64,000 bases of DNA, from positions 375,440 through 439,439 of the forward strand of contig NW_005201792.1 of the NCBI RefSeq assembly GCF_000372725.1, in the 5' to 3' direction. A model generated the notes under the pieces. It had not been told where the DNA came from and searched no databases. It saw only the letters and a list, made by a program, of their open reading frames with translations. Shown piece after piece: positions 1-11,316 of this stretch. This DNA comes from Emiliania huxleyi CCMP1516. Its lineage: Eukaryota. A program made the translations under genes and the position numbers. Every line of letters begins with the position of its first letter. Position 1 is the stretch's first letter.

Positions 1-3000
1 GGCAGCGCCGGCGCCGGCCACTCCCACTTTTGCGGCGGCTTCCCCGTCGACGAGGTGGAGGAGTTTCTGCTCGAGGTGGGGATGCCGGGCGAGGAGTTTG
101 AGGTGGTGAGCGAGAACCAGCGCCGCCTCTCCTCCTTCTCGTCGTGGAGCGAGACCAGCCTCCTCCCGACGGACCGCCACGGCCCGTGGTCCGACGGGCT
201 GCTCGAGCGGCGATACGCGGGCGGGCTGCCGTCGGTCGAGCCGCCCCCAGGCTGGGAGTGGGCGGACGAGAGCTGGTCGCTGTTCCTCGCGCCAAAGGAG
301 CAGCCGCGCGCCGCGGCCCGCCAGGCTGGGGCCGCGCCCGCGGGCGCGGCCGACGGCTGGGAGTATGCGACCAACTGGCCGGCGCCGGCGGGCAGCCACC
401 GCGCGAGCGACGCCATCAACCCGAACCGCTGGCACACCGAGCCGACCGCCTCCACGTTTGTGCGCCGCCGCCGCTGGGTGCGCCGGCGGCGGCGAGCCGA
501 CTGCCCCGCCGCGCTCAGGGCGCGGCTGCTCGCGGTCGATGTCGAGGAGAGCGGCGCCTCTGTCCGGATTCGCATTTCGGACGGCTCCGCGCGCGCGCCG
601 CAGTACGTGCTGGAGAACGCGTCCGCCGCGAGCTTGCTCGTCTCGCAAAAAGGGCAGCCGGCGGCGCCCGCGGTGCTGTTGCCGCCGGGCGCGTGCAAGG
701 CGTTCGTGTGGCCGGCCGTGTCGAGGGAGCACTGCCTGCTCGTCGCGCTCGAGAGCGGCGAGCCGACCGCCGTCAAGTTCGACGAGGTTGGCTTCGAGGC
801 GACGATGGACTGGGGCGGCCTCCCCATCGCGCTCATGGTGGTGGCGCGCGGCAACACGCGGACGCTGATCGCGGCGCCGAAGCTCGACGTGCCGGCGGCG
901 CCGACGGCGAGCACCCTCCTCTTCCACGTGCACATGGCTGGCATCGGCGTCTCGCTCGTGCGCTCGGGCGTCGAGGAGCTCGCGTACCTCAGCCTGGCGC
1001 GGATCGGCATGGTCTTCGACGCGTCGGCCGCGGCGCACAAGTTCGGACTCACCGTCGGCGACCTGCGGCTCGACAACCAGACGCGCGCCGCAACGCTGCC
1101 CGCGGTCCTCATCCGCTCGTCTTACGTCATCCGCCAGCGCAACCTCATCGAGGAGACCACGAGCGCGGCGCAGAAGCGCGTGCCCTGCCTGACGCTGGCC
1201 GTCGACCGAAATGTCCTCGAGTACGGCGTCGCCAACGCCGGCCAGTCATTCCGCCAGCTCGTGCTCGCGGTCGACGAGTTCGACGCGCAGGTGGAGGAGT
1301 CGTTCGTGCGCGCGCTCGCTGGCTTTGCCGCGACGCTGCACACGCCCCGTGCCGGCGCGGCGCAAGCCAGCGCGCAGCCGGCGGCGGCGGCGCCGCCGCC
1401 GCCGCTGACGCCGCGGATGGACGAGAAGAGGCGGGCGAGGACGTTGCGCTCCTCTCGACGAAAGAGCGCCGAAGGGCGGCACACGTCGCGCTTTAGCGCG
1501 GCCTCAGCCTTCAAGGACGTGCCGCGTATGTCGATGGATCTCGCGACGGGCGCGTCCGGGATGCGGCTGGCCGGCGACGACCACTCCGAGCTCACGCTGA
1601 GGCGTGCCGTCTCCAGTGTCAGCGCTGCTTCGATCGACTCGGCCCGCAGCTCAAGAAGGCGCTCCACTGAGGCCTTCCCGGCCCCCGCGACGCTCCACGA
1701 ACCCTTCGCTCCGCCGGCTGCACCCGGAGCCGGCCGGTCCCCTCCCGGCGGCGACGCCCTGCCGCCGTTGACGCCGTCCGCCAAGGGCGGCGGCGGCAGC
1801 GGCGGCGGAGGCGGAGGTGGTGCGGCCGGTGACAAGCCGCCCTTGGCGGAGGAGAAGTGGCACTTCCACGAGCTGCAGATTGCGCCGCTGAGGCTCAACG
1901 TGAGCTACACGCAGAGCCGCGACGCGGACGGCGAGCAGCCCCGCGGCGCGCTCGAGCGGACGGCGATCCCCAACCTCGACCGCACCCCTCTCGTGCTCGA
2001 GCGGGTCGTGCTGCGCGACACGTTCACCACGCCGCGCCAGCTGGCGCACGCGATCCTCGCCAACTACCAGGCGGCGCTGCGCCGCCAGATCTACCGGCTC
2101 GTGCTCAACATCGAGGTCTTCGGCAACCCCATCGGGCTCGTCAAGGGCCTCGGCGCTGGCATGCGCGACTTGGTCATGCTCCCCGCGCGAGGACTGCTCG
2201 AGTCGCCAGAGGACTTTGGGCGCGGCATCGTCAACGGCTCGTGGGCCTTCATGCGAGGCGTGGTCGGCGCGCCCTCGCGCACGGTGTCGCAGGTGACGGG
2301 CTCGCTCTCGCGCCGCGTCACCGCCCTCTCGATGGACGGCGCCTACATCTCGGACCGCGCCGCGAGGGAGCGCGCGCGGCGCGACGTGCGCGGGCAGGGG
2401 CCGAGGCACGCCGTGGACGGGCTGCGGTACGGCGCCGAGGGGCTGGGGCGCGGCGTGGTGGAGGGCGTGGCGGGGCTGCTCTCGCAGCCGATCGAGGGGG
2501 CGCAGACGCAGGGGCTGCGCGGCTTCGTGAAGGGCGCGGGCAAGGGGCTCGTCGGCCTCGCGCTCAAGCCGGCGGCGGGGATGCTCGACCTGGCGTCGCG
2601 CACGATGGAGGGCTTCGCAAACACGTTCGAGTACGTGGAGGACGCGCGCGGCGCGACGCACGAGCGGGCGTCGGACCCGCACGAGAGGATGCGGCTGCCG
2701 CGCATGCTGTACGGGCAGGAGGGGGCGATCTACCCCTACAGCAACGACGCGGCCGTCGCGCGCATCGTGCTGCAGTCGCTGCGCGCGGGCGTCTACCTGC
2801 GAGAGCCTCTGCTGCTCTGCAAGATGCTCTCTGAGGGGGAGGTGGTGCTGCTCACCGCCAACAGGTTGCTGCTCGCCGCGACGAAGGACCACCGCTGCCA
2901 CCGCCACTACCCCCTCCACGTCATCTCTTCGGTCGCCCGCGGCAGCAACGAGCGCACGGTACTGCTCTCGCTTCGGCCGGCGAGCAACGTGCGCAGGTCG

Positions 3001-3855
3001 CCGGCGGCGGCCGACTCGCAGGCGGAGCCGGGAGGCGCCACCCCGCGGCGCGTCTCCATCGTGACGCAGCGCCGCTCCTCGGTCCGCGCCGACGCGCCGG
3101 CGTCGCCGGCGTCGCCGCGCTCGCCGCGCTCGCCGCGCTCGCCGCGGCTGCGCACCGTGGCGTCTTCGATGCCGCCCTCCGAGCCCCTCCGCCGGACGTC
3201 GACCGGCGGCAGCGGCGTGTTTGGCGGCGGCGGCGGCGGCGGCGGCGAGGGAGACGACATGGGCTCTGGCGCCGAGCTGTCGACGCCGAGGGGGACCCGC
3301 CTCCCGCGCCCCTTCGCGCGGGTTAGCAGCGCGCTGCGGCGAAAGCCCACGCAGATGGTGCACGAGATCGTGTGCAGCAGCGCGTCGGACGCCGGACTCG
3401 TGCACCACCTCGTCACGCTCGCCGTCGGCGCGGTGGAGCGCGGTCAACCGATGGCGCAGCCGAAGCGTCGGATGCCGGGCAGCGCCTCCCTGCCTTCGGC
3501 AAGCGGCAGCAGGACGGAGGCGGAGGAGGACGGCTCCCTCGCAGCGGTCTCCCTCACAGCGGTCTCGCTGCCGGCGCGCGCGCGGAGAGAGGAGGACGCC
3601 CTCTCACCGATGAGCTGCCCGAGCTCGCCGGAGAGGCCCTTCATGCGGACTCTAGCCACGACGAAGAGCTGCCCAAGCTCGCCAGACAGGGACGCGCGAG
3701 CGGTGCTTCAGGCGGACGGGCGCCGTCGCGCATCCGTCCGCTGGCAGAGCGTCCCTGATCTGCCTCCATTGCCGGCGAGCGGGTCTGAGGTCGAGACCTC
3801 GAATGAGGCGTCGCAGAAGCTCCGGGCGCTGTCGGACGAGCAGGAATCCGAATGA
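1..3855 (+). CDS. VPS13: VPS13 family lipid transfer protein, C-terminal part (5' end outside window), with a DysF-like domain
   Basis: Frame open from base 1. Motifs GIGVSLV..EELAYL, DNQ, FGNPIGLVKGLGAGMRD, GFVKGAGKGLVGLALKPAAGMLD and RMRLPR match the VPS13 APT1/ATG2_C/PH region. PPGWEW..DGWEYA..VRRRRWVR is DysF-like. Confidence 0.9.
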   Translation, partial: GSAGAGHSHFCGGFPVDEVEEFLLEVGMPGEEFEVVSENQRRLSSFSSWSETSLLPTDRHGPWSDGLLERRYAGGLPSVEPPPGWEWADESWSLFLAPKEQPRAAARQAGAAPAGAADGWEYATNWPAPAGSHRASDAINPNRWHTEPTASTFVRRRRWVRRRRRADCPAALRARLLAVDVEESGASVRIRISDGSARAPQYVLENASAASLLVSQKGQPAAPAVLLPPGACKAFVWPAVSREHCLLVALESGEPTAVKFDEVGFEATMDWGGLPIALMVVARGNTRTLIAAPKLDVPAAPTASTLLFHVHMAGIGVSLVRSGVEELAYLSLARIGMVFDASAAAHKFGLTVGDLRLDNQTRAATLPAVLIRSSYVIRQRNLIEETTSAAQKRVPCLTLAVDRNVLEYGVANAGQSFRQLVLAVDEFDAQVEESFVRALAGFAATLHTPRAGAAQASAQPAAAAPPPPLTPRMDEKRRARTLRSSRRKSAEGRHTSRFSAASAFKDVPRMSMDLATGASGMRLAGDDHSELTLRRAVSSVSAASIDSARSSRRRSTEAFPAPATLHEPFAPPAAPGAGRSPPGGDALPPLTPSAKGGGGSGGGGGGGAAGDKPPLAEEKWHFHELQIAPLRLNVSYTQSRDADGEQPRGALERTAIPNLDRTPLVLERVVLRDTFTTPRQLAHAILANYQAALRRQIYRLVLNIEVFGNPIGLVKGLGAGMRDLVMLPARGLLESPEDFGRGIVNGSWAFMRGVVGAPSRTVSQVTGSLSRRVTALSMDGAYISDRAARERARRDVRGQGPRHAVDGLRYGAEGLGRGVVEGVAGLLSQPIEGAQTQGLRGFVKGAGKGLVGLALKPAAGMLDLASRTMEGFANTFEYVEDARGATHERASDPHERMRLPRMLYGQEGAIYPYSNDAAVARIVLQSLRAGVYLREPLLLCKMLSEGEVVLLTANRLLLAATKDHRCHRHYPLHVISSVARGSNERTVLLSLRPASNVRRSPAAADSQAEPGGATPRRVSIVTQRRSSVRADAPASPASPRSPRSPRSPRLRTVASSMPPSEPLRRTSTGGSGVFGGGGGGGGEGDDMGSGAELSTPRGTRLPRPFARVSSALRRKPTQMVHEIVCSSASDAGLVHHLVTLAVGAVERGQPMAQPKRRMPGSASLPSASGSRTEAEEDGSLAAVSLTAVSLPARARREEDALSPMSCPSSPERPFMRTLATTKSCPSSPDRDARAVLQADGRRRASVRWQSVPDLPPLPASGSEVETSNEASQKLRALSDEQESE

Positions 3856-4280
3856 CCCCCCCCCCCCCTCTGGACAAGTCAAGCTTAGCTCCGTAATGTA
3901 TTCCCGGGACTGTCGCTCACAGTCCCGGCTCCCGCCAGGGGGACACTCTGTCGCAGGTCTTGACTCCGAGTCGCCTTTTTTCCTACGTTGTGTGTGTGTG
4001 TGCATGAGAGAGGTTTATACGTACGTTTACGTACCGGAACCGGGAGGCTCCAGTGATATGTCCAAAAAACCATGTTTCACACATACGGCGATCCTTGGTC
4101 GATCTCGAGGAGCTCAAATCGAGGGGTCCCGTACCATGCGGAATCGACCCTATCCAGTGCTCTCAAGGAGCTCAAACTTCAGCTTCCTCCGAACGGCAAC
4201 CCGGTTCCCAACCCGCGCGGTGTTGCTGTTGGAGTGCGTGCGTCCCCAATCCTAGCTCCGCCCTCGCTGTCTTTCGCAGA

Positions 4281-5513
4281 ATGCCGGCCGTTCCCTCGAC
4301 GCCCTGCGACTGGCACGGGTGTCCCATCGGCGCTGCTGCGTCCTCGACCGGCCGCGTCAAATACGCCGACTTCCGCTGCCCTCTCCCCGAGACGATGCGC
4401 CGCGTGAGAGACTACTACCAGGTCCACACCATGTATTTTCACAGGGTTGTAGACTGCCTCTTGCCCCTGCTGCCGCTACTGCACCACATCGTCGAGCAGC
4501 AAAAGCGCGGGCGGAGGCCGATCGCGCTTGCTCAGGCCGATAGCGTTGCCCCCTTGCTGAGGGCTCTCGAGCCTTCTCTGCGCATCCACGAAGTGGGCAT
4601 GCCCCGAGGAAAGTACCGCTATCCGCTCGACGCGCACAACGCGACTCTGCTCCAGCAGCCCTCCTGCTGCTTAAAGTCGCCAACCGGGCGGGAGCTGCTC
4701 CAGCGCTTCACCAGCCGCTGGTTTGGAGGTCACGCGCAGCCTCCCTCGAGTCGGCCGCGGCTCACCATCATCATTCAGCGGTCTACCGCGCTTTCTCGCG
4801 GCTTCGAGGCGGGCAGTCTCGACCGGCTCGTCGCGGCGATGCGAGCGGCACGGCCTCTGACGCGCATCTACTCCGGCGCCGAGCCACTCGCGGAAGTGCT
4901 GAAGCTCTTTGCCGACGCCGAGTCGGTTGTAGGCTACCACGGGGCCGCCTTTGCCAACATGGCCTTCTCTCGCTTAGCCTGCGCGCATGAAGTCACGACG
5001 ATGGCCTGTTTGAGGACCGATGCCTCCGACCTGAGCACCCGGATGTTTCGCACCGCCGAGCAGGCCTACTTCGGCTCCTGGGTCGAGCGGTTCAAAGCCG
5101 GGGTCGTCAAGTACAATGCGCACGCTTTGCCGCTCGCGCAACTGCTCGAGAACCCTGCGAACGATCCGATCAACGCGCGATGGTGGAAGGGGGCCGGCGA
5201 CTGGAGGCGGGTACCAGCAGACAAGCCCTTCATCGGGCAGCTTGGCTACTCCAATATCACGCTGACTTCGCGCCAAGTGGAGGCGCTGGTTGAGGGCGTG
5301 CTCGCATGCACCGCGTCGTGGGGGGTGACATCGGGCCGGCGCACCGCCGCCTCCACCCATACGCGCAGCCTCCTGCTCGATTCTCGGGTGACGGCACCAT
5401 CCGTGCTACACTGCGCGTACAACTGCACTTGCAACCAGCCACCCACGTGGCGCGCAAACGACACCTTTCGCGACCTTTGGTGCAGGGTCGGGAAATGCCT
5501 CGTGGTCTGCTAG
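4281..5513 (+). CDS. Glycosyltransferase family 61 (DUF563)-like protein
   Basis: LKLFADAESVVGYHGAAFANMAF resembles the GT61 HGAG.N motif; also YFHRVVDCLLPL and IIQR..R motifs. Start uncertain because an acceptor-like TTCGCAG precedes the ATG. Confidence 0.7.
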   Translation: MPAVPSTPCDWHGCPIGAAASSTGRVKYADFRCPLPETMRRVRDYYQVHTMYFHRVVDCLLPLLPLLHHIVEQQKRGRRPIALAQADSVAPLLRALEPSLRIHEVGMPRGKYRYPLDAHNATLLQQPSCCLKSPTGRELLQRFTSRWFGGHAQPPSSRPRLTIIIQRSTALSRGFEAGSLDRLVAAMRAARPLTRIYSGAEPLAEVLKLFADAESVVGYHGAAFANMAFSRLACAHEVTTMACLRTDASDLSTRMFRTAEQAYFGSWVERFKAGVVKYNAHALPLAQLLENPANDPINARWWKGAGDWRRVPADKPFIGQLGYSNITLTSRQVEALVEGVLACTASWGVTSGRRTAASTHTRSLLLDSRVTAPSVLHCAYNCTCNQPPTWRANDTFRDLWCRVGKCLVVC

Positions 5514-6333
5514 TCTGCTAGGACGGAGGTATCTCAAGCGGCGTGAGCCTCATGACTGGCAACGGTCATTTCCGGAGACGCCTCTGAAATCGGTAAAGAT
5601 GTCACGCTGTCGGTCTCCTTGCCCAGTTGGTCTTTCGCTGTTTTGGTTGGAGTCAACAGTCGAATTCATGGGGCGACACAAACTCGTGTCGGCGCGCGCG
5701 CCCCAGGAAGGATGCAAACTGGTAATGAATTGGCAAACATCGGACATGCCAACCTCCGACCGATGCGTCTGGTATAGCCCCAGCCTATACTCCGCGTGAA
5801 CTCTCGAGGATCTCGAGTTGCGGTCGTGCGGCTGCGGCTATAGCGGACAGGCCAAACTCGACCTCGGCTTACAACGTTTCCCTGCAGCTCGACGAACCAA
5901 TATGCTGCGGCAACACTCCCCTGGCATCCGCCACGCGCGCCCATCTGGCCACACGCCCGGTGCCACGCACACGCCCCCTGCCCAGCTCCCAGCTCAGCGT
6001 GACCGTTCCGAGGCCCTAGTGCTCCCCGTCCTCTCCGGCTCCGCCGAGAGCAGAGCCCAACACCGTGAGTGGCATGCCTACTTTGAGGCGGTCTATGAGC
6101 CACCCGGTGGACACGACGGTCGACTTGAACCAGTTTGAGTGGTTCGACTCCTCGGCTCCCCTCCACCTGCACTCTGTGCAAGAGAGAGGGCGGGGTGGTA
6201 AAATTCTTTCTTGTCTGTGCTAGTGCCAGTGCGCCGCACTCAAAATTCTTTTTGTGCCGCTGCCCGAAAGGCGCACAGGCGACATATCAAGGACTGAGTC
6301 GAAAGCCGCAACACGTAAGTACCTCTTGTGTAT

Positions 6334-8874
6334 ATGGCACGCGAGACTCCCTCGTTCCGCGTCCCGGGCGCTGGGCACTGGAAGCTCGTCGCTGAGCGCG
6401 AGCCCGCCGCCCGTCCCTCGCCGTTCGGCGGCGAAACCTCGATCTCGTGGGCGCCGGCTCTCCCTGGCCCGCACAGCATCGGCGAGGCGCCGAGCGACGC
6501 CGGCTTTATGCTGTACCACGTCGGCGACACGCTCTGCTTCTTTGACCAGCGAGGCGCCAAGGCGGACTCGACGGACACGCTCCAGCTGCGAGACCGCGTC
6601 CTGTGCCACGACCTCCACTGGAGCTGCCCGCCTCCGGGCGCGGGCGCTGGCTCGAGCTCTGCCAACGGCGGCGGCGGCGGCGGGTTCGGCGGCGCATCCC
6701 TCGAGGCGCTGGTCGGCCTCTCCTCCGGCGAGGTTGTGCTCTGGCGCCCGTTCTCGCGCCGTGAGACCTCGCGTGGCCTCTCGTCGGCTGTCGCCGGAGG
6801 TGCGTGCACGCGTGACAGCAGTGCGAGCGCCTGCCCAGCGGTGCCGAGCAGCTCCGCCCTCACTCCCTGCGAAGCGCCACCGCGGTCGCGCCTGCCTGTC
6901 CAGCCGCGTGCCACATGCCCCATGCCCCAGGAGGCGAGGGCGCCGTCGCCGACGCTCGCTGGCGGCCTTCTCCCGAGGCGGAGTCGGGCGTCTGCTTTGG
7001 CCTGGCGGGGGTAGATGCGGGAGGACACGCGCGTGAAGGAGAGAGAGGAGACGGCTTGCTCCACCTACTCGCACCCCTTTTGGAGCCCGGAGCTGATCCA
7101 CGCACTCGGCACGGCGCCCTCTCTGTTTGATCCGCGGCCTGCCTTGACGCCGGCGTCGCGGCGGCAGGACTGGCGTGCGCGGGTGGGCGCGTGGCGCTGT
7201 ACGTCCGGCGCGGGTCCGAGGAGGCGGCCGGAGGGGGCAGCACCCCTGCCCCCTCCCCTAAGCGGCATGGCCGTGTCGCCAGCATGGGCGCACCCGCCCG
7301 CCAGCCACGACACCGAGGCGGAAGGGGGGGAGTCACTACGGAGAGGTGACTGGAACCACATGACTGGACCCACAGGAGCTTCGATCCGCTGGCGCGACTC
7401 CACGGCCTCCTCGTCTCAGCCTCGCTTCGACCAGCGAGGCGAGCTGAGCCCGAGAGGAGCCCGAGAGGAGGCCCGAGAGGAGCCCGAGAGGAGCCCGAGA
7501 GGAGCCCGAGAGGAGCCCGAGAGGAGCCCGAGCACTGTCCGAGCGATGTCCGAGCGATGTCCGAGCGATGTCCGAGCGATGTCCGGGCTCAGGCATGCTG
7601 CGCGCGAGCGAGAGCGGCGCCGCCGTCACCGCCATCGCCTTCAGTCCGGACGGGTCGAGGCTGGCGGCGGCGACGGCCGACGGCATGCTTGTGCTCTGGT
7701 CCGTCGGCGGCGACTGCAGCGGTCGGCCGGCGGCAGAGGGTGAGGGCAGTAGCGGCGAGGGCGAGCCGCAGCTGCTGGCTCGCCTCGCCTCGTACTTCGG
7801 CGGCTTGCTCTGCGTCGCTTGGGCGAGGGACGGCGCGTACCTGCTCGCGGGCGGCGAGGAAGAGATGTAGCAGAGAGGCTGCAGAGAGGCTGCAATGCTG
7901 CAGAGATGCAGAGATGCTGCAGAGATGCAGCAGACGATGCTGCAGAGATGCAGCAGACGATGCAGCAGACGATGCAGCAGACAATGCAGCAGACGATGCA
8001 GCAGAGATGTTCCCCGCGCGACCCCGTCTCCCATTCAGTAATGAGTCGGTAATTGATGGCGACTGCCTGCAGGACGACCTCGTGTCCGTCGTCTCTTTCG
8101 AGCGGAGAGCGGTGGTCGCGCGTGCGCAGGGACACAGCTCCTGGGTGTGTGCACTCTACCCTCCCCCTCCCCCTCCCANNNNNNNNNNNNNNNNNNNNNN
8201 NNNNNNNNNNNNNNNNNNNNNNNNNNNNNNNNNNNNNNNNNNNNNNNNNNNNNNNNNNNNNNNNNNNNNNNNNNNNNNCTCTCCCTCGCCGTCTCCGTCT
8301 GTATATCCCTATCCATCTCCCTCTCCGTCCCTCTCCCTCCCCTTCCACGCGCCACCACTACTCCACTGCCAGCACCGCTCCACTGCTACCACCACCGCCC
8401 GAGCTCCGCTCTCGCCACCACACCCCCTTAGGTCCACCACGTCGCCTTTGAGCCCGCGCCGCTGCAGGAGGGGAAGGACCGCCCGCCCGCCTCGCACGCC
8501 TTCGCCTCGGTCGGCGCCGACGGCCGAATCTGCTTTTGGGAGTTCCGCGCCGACGGCAAGGGGGAGGACGGGGGCGGGCCCCCGCCGAACGGCGCCGACG
8601 TGCCCTCGCCGGGCTTCCGCGAGGCCTCGCCCGAGAGGACCCGAGATCGCACGAGATTGCCCTAGACTGCCCGGGGGGGGGGGGGAAGGGGCGGAAGGGG
8701 CGGCGGCCTGCAAGGCCCACCTTCCCGCCGCCGCCGCCGCAGGTGCCGCTCCTCGCTCCTCTCGCCTCGGTGCCGCTGCACGAGCGGCCCGTCGCCGCGC
8801 TGCTGTACGGCCGAGGCGAGATGCACACGGCGTGCGCCGGCGGCTTCGTCAAGACGTTTGCGCGGGTCTCATGA
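6334..8874 (+). CDS. WDR20: WD40 repeat protein, WDR20/DMWD/CreC-like (multi-exon, spans an assembly gap)
   Basis: Exons encode AVTAIAFSPDG, SYFGGLLCVAWARDGAYLLAGGE/DDLVSV..VARAQGHSSWV and a terminal VPLLAPL..HERP..TACAGGFVKTFAR, all typical of WDR20/CreC. Confidence 0.8.
7446..7584. repeat. Adjacent 11-bp intronic minisatellites (GAGCCCGAGAG)n and (TCCGAGCGATG)n
   Basis: Tandem arrays visible inside an intron of the WD40 gene. Confidence 0.9.
7869..8008. repeat. Intronic GCAGAGAT / GCAGCAGACGAT tandem repeat
   Basis: Degenerate 8-12 bp units. Confidence 0.85.
8179..8278. other. Assembly gap (100 N)
   Basis: N run between C/T-rich low-complexity flanks. Confidence 1.
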
Positions 8875-9198
8875 CCCAGGCTCTCGAGAGCGCCGGAGAG
8901 CTTGCTTGTCGGGGCGTCGCTCAGCGCGAATTCGCACGTGTCGGTGGGCTGGATGCGCGGGCCGCGGGCCCGGGCGCGCGGGCGGCGCCGCAGGTGAGTG
9001 CGGGAGCCGGGAGAGAGCTGCGGGCACCCCCGCGCGCGGCGTGGGCCGTGGCGTATATCTACTCAATCTACGGTAGCCCCGCACCCCTCCCCGCCCCACA
9101 CGCCACACCGCGGCGGCTGGAGATAGCAGCATGTGTGCAACCTAACTTAACAATAAATCACTTTCGCCTCTCCTCGAGCTACGCCGCTCCGCTCACTG

Positions 9199-9879
9199 TC
9201 ACTCCTCCCCGGGAGCAGCAGAGACAATCACTCTGCCGCCTTCATATACGCCGGGGGGTCGCAGTGTTTGCGGCTGACCTACCGCCGTCTCAGCCACCTC
9301 GACGATGGGCCCAGGCTCACAGCCCGGTGCAGCCGCGCGCTCGCCGTCCGGCATCGCCTCCGCATGGGCGTTGGCGGCCTGTGCCATCGCCGCTGTCTGG
9401 TCCGCCTCCTGTTGCAGGCGGTCGAGGGCCGCGGCGCGGTCCGACTCGGAGCGGAGGCCGTTGACGCGGTGCAACGTCGGCCAGTCGTAGATGGGCGACT
9501 TTTGCAGCTCCAGCAGGAGGACCACACCTCTCGCACTGCGCTCGATCCGCCAGTCGCACCGCTCGGGGTCGACGGCGCCGTGCAACTGAAAGTCGAGGAG
9601 AGCGGCACCAGCCGGCGTGGCGGCTGGGTTCAGCGGCGGAGCGACGACCTTGAGCCAGTTGCGCTTGAATTCGACGCGACACTGCCGGCCCGTGGCGCTC
9701 GCTGCAAGCGGGACCGTGGCGCGCAGCTCGCCGTGCTTTCGCTGTGACCAGCGCACGCCGAGGAGGCCGTCTGGATCCACCTCTGACCCGAGCGCGCGCT
9801 CGCGGCCGTCGGGCCGGGCTGGAGCGTCGTCGTCGTCGTCCGACACGGCGAGAGAGTCCCACTTGGAATAGTCTGGCAT
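9199..9879 (-). CDS. CS (p23/NudC-like) domain co-chaperone with N-terminal DYSKWD motif
   Basis: MPDYSKWD start, then RWSQ..ELRATVPL..CRVEF..LHGAVDPERCDWRI..LELQK...DWPTL, the CS domain pattern. Confidence 0.75.
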   Translation of the reverse strand: MPDYSKWDSLAVSDDDDDAPARPDGRERALGSEVDPDGLLGVRWSQRKHGELRATVPLAASATGRQCRVEFKRNWLKVVAPPLNPAATPAGAALLDFQLHGAVDPERCDWRIERSARGVVLLLELQKSPIYDWPTLHRVNGLRSESDRAAALDRLQQEADQTAAMAQAANAHAEAMPDGERAAAPGCEPGPIVEVAETAVGQPQTLRPPGVYEGGRVIVSAAPGEE

Positions 9880-10338
9880 GCTCTGGCGCTGGCCGAGCCT
9901 CCTGCGAGAAGCGGGCCACAGGAGCGCCGACTTGTTCACAGCCAGTTCACAGCCTTGTTATGAGAAGAAAATACAACCGAAAACCGGTGTGTATGCCTTG
10001 CTCCTTTAGGTGCTTTTAATACGTTCTGATTCTTGTGCTGATACTTGCGTCCGAGACTGCTTGCGTTACGTCTGGGTTTTCTTTTGTGTCGGCGCCTGTC
10101 TCGGTGCGAGTTGTTCCCCTTTGGGTTGGACCTCTATCTAGTTGTTCCCCTTACAGCAGTGGCGGTCCGCTCACTGCGGTTTCTCTTGCTGCCGGCTGTC
10201 CGCCGACAGAATTTAAACCCGGGATTCCACTCTCGCGCACGACAAAGAATTTTACGAAGGACTCGGACGACTCAAGGCACGGGACTGGCGGCACTGGGAC
10301 TTAATTTTACCAAACTCTCTCACACGACACTGGCACGG

Positions 10339-10611
10339 CTAGCACCACACTCCTCTCCTTAAATCCCTGTGTGTGGTGGCGGCGTGCCGTCCTCCCATCC
10401 CTCCCTTGGCTGGCACTTGGAGCACTTGGAGTGCAGTCATCAACCTCACATCCAGGGCCAGGGAGCTAAGAAGCGCACCCAGCGGGCCGGATGATCGGCA
10501 TCGGGCTACGGGCTAGAGAGCCCTGACCCCTAGGGGGGTGCGCGCGTTCGCAGGGAGGAAAGGGCCGTAAAGTAAACACGCGTCCCCGAGCCTGTTTTCT
10601 TTCTTTTCTTT
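10339..10611 (+). mobile_element. Chimeric SINE-like / 5'-truncated retro-insertion with (TTTC)n tail and 10-bp TSD
   Basis: ACTGGCACGG at 10329-10338 and 10612-10621. The 5' part matches the 3' UTR of the element at 59079; the 3' part matches 55418-55570 on the reverse strand. Confidence 0.75.
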
Positions 10612-10809
10612 ACTGGCACGGGAGTGGCGCGCACTGGCACTAACACAGATACATCACAAGCGCAAAAAATCCGTCACTTGCTTGCGGCGCTGCTTCTCGC
10701 CACGCTCCAGAGGAGACCAGGACCATCTCCAGGCTGTGTGACTCGCGTCTGCGCATTTGTTCGCCCCTCGTAACGACATGGCCGCTCTATCCTACACACA
10801 TAGTCTCGG

Positions 10810-11316
10810 TTATCCGATAGACGTTCGCGCCCCCACGTCGCAGACGAGCGCGCCAGTAGCCTCGCCCTCGAGCTCGGCCTTCCACCGGCAGGAGCTAAAC
10901 GTGCCGCAGCTCACGAAGCACTTGACGATATTCCTCGCGATCTCCACCGCATCGTCGGTCTCGTCCAGCCACGAGTCGTCGGAAGGCGTAGTCCAGATCA
11001 GCCAGTCGATGCCCCCGAGGCTGGGCATGAGGAAGGCGAGGCACAGGCCGAAGACCTCCGCGCTGTACGAGACGAGGGCGACGGTGTGAGACCGGTTTGT
11101 GCGGACGAGGAGGTAGCCTTGGACACCGACAAAGGTGATCCCAAAACACCACGCCATGCAGAGAGCCACCACTCGCATCCGTTGCACCGTCGTGAGCGGA
11201 CCGTACAAGTTGTTGGCCGGCTCGGTGTCGAACAGGTGGGCGAAGGCGTTCTCGCAGCGGCTGAGCTGGATCGTCTCCATGAGCATGCAGAACAGCATGG
11301 ACGTGGGGGCTGCCAC
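10810..11316 (-). CDS. Hypothetical membrane protein (168 aa)
   Basis: ORF with host-like GC3 bias and two hydrophobic stretches; no family recognised. Confidence 0.45.
   Translation of the reverse strand: MAAPTSMLFCMLMETIQLSRCENAFAHLFDTEPANNLYGPLTTVQRMRVVALCMAWCFGITFVGVQGYLLVRTNRSHTVALVSYSAEVFGLCLAFLMPSLGGIDWLIWTTPSDDSWLDETDDAVEIARNIVKCFVSCGTFSSCRWKAELEGEATGALVCDVGARTSIG

Noticed and set aside
5818..6138. Small CDS ending WHAYFEAVY
   Set aside because: Short, no recognisable domain or splice structure.
7446..8008. CRISPR-like arrays
   Set aside because: Tandem units without unique spacers, intronic, no cas genes, eukaryotic context.
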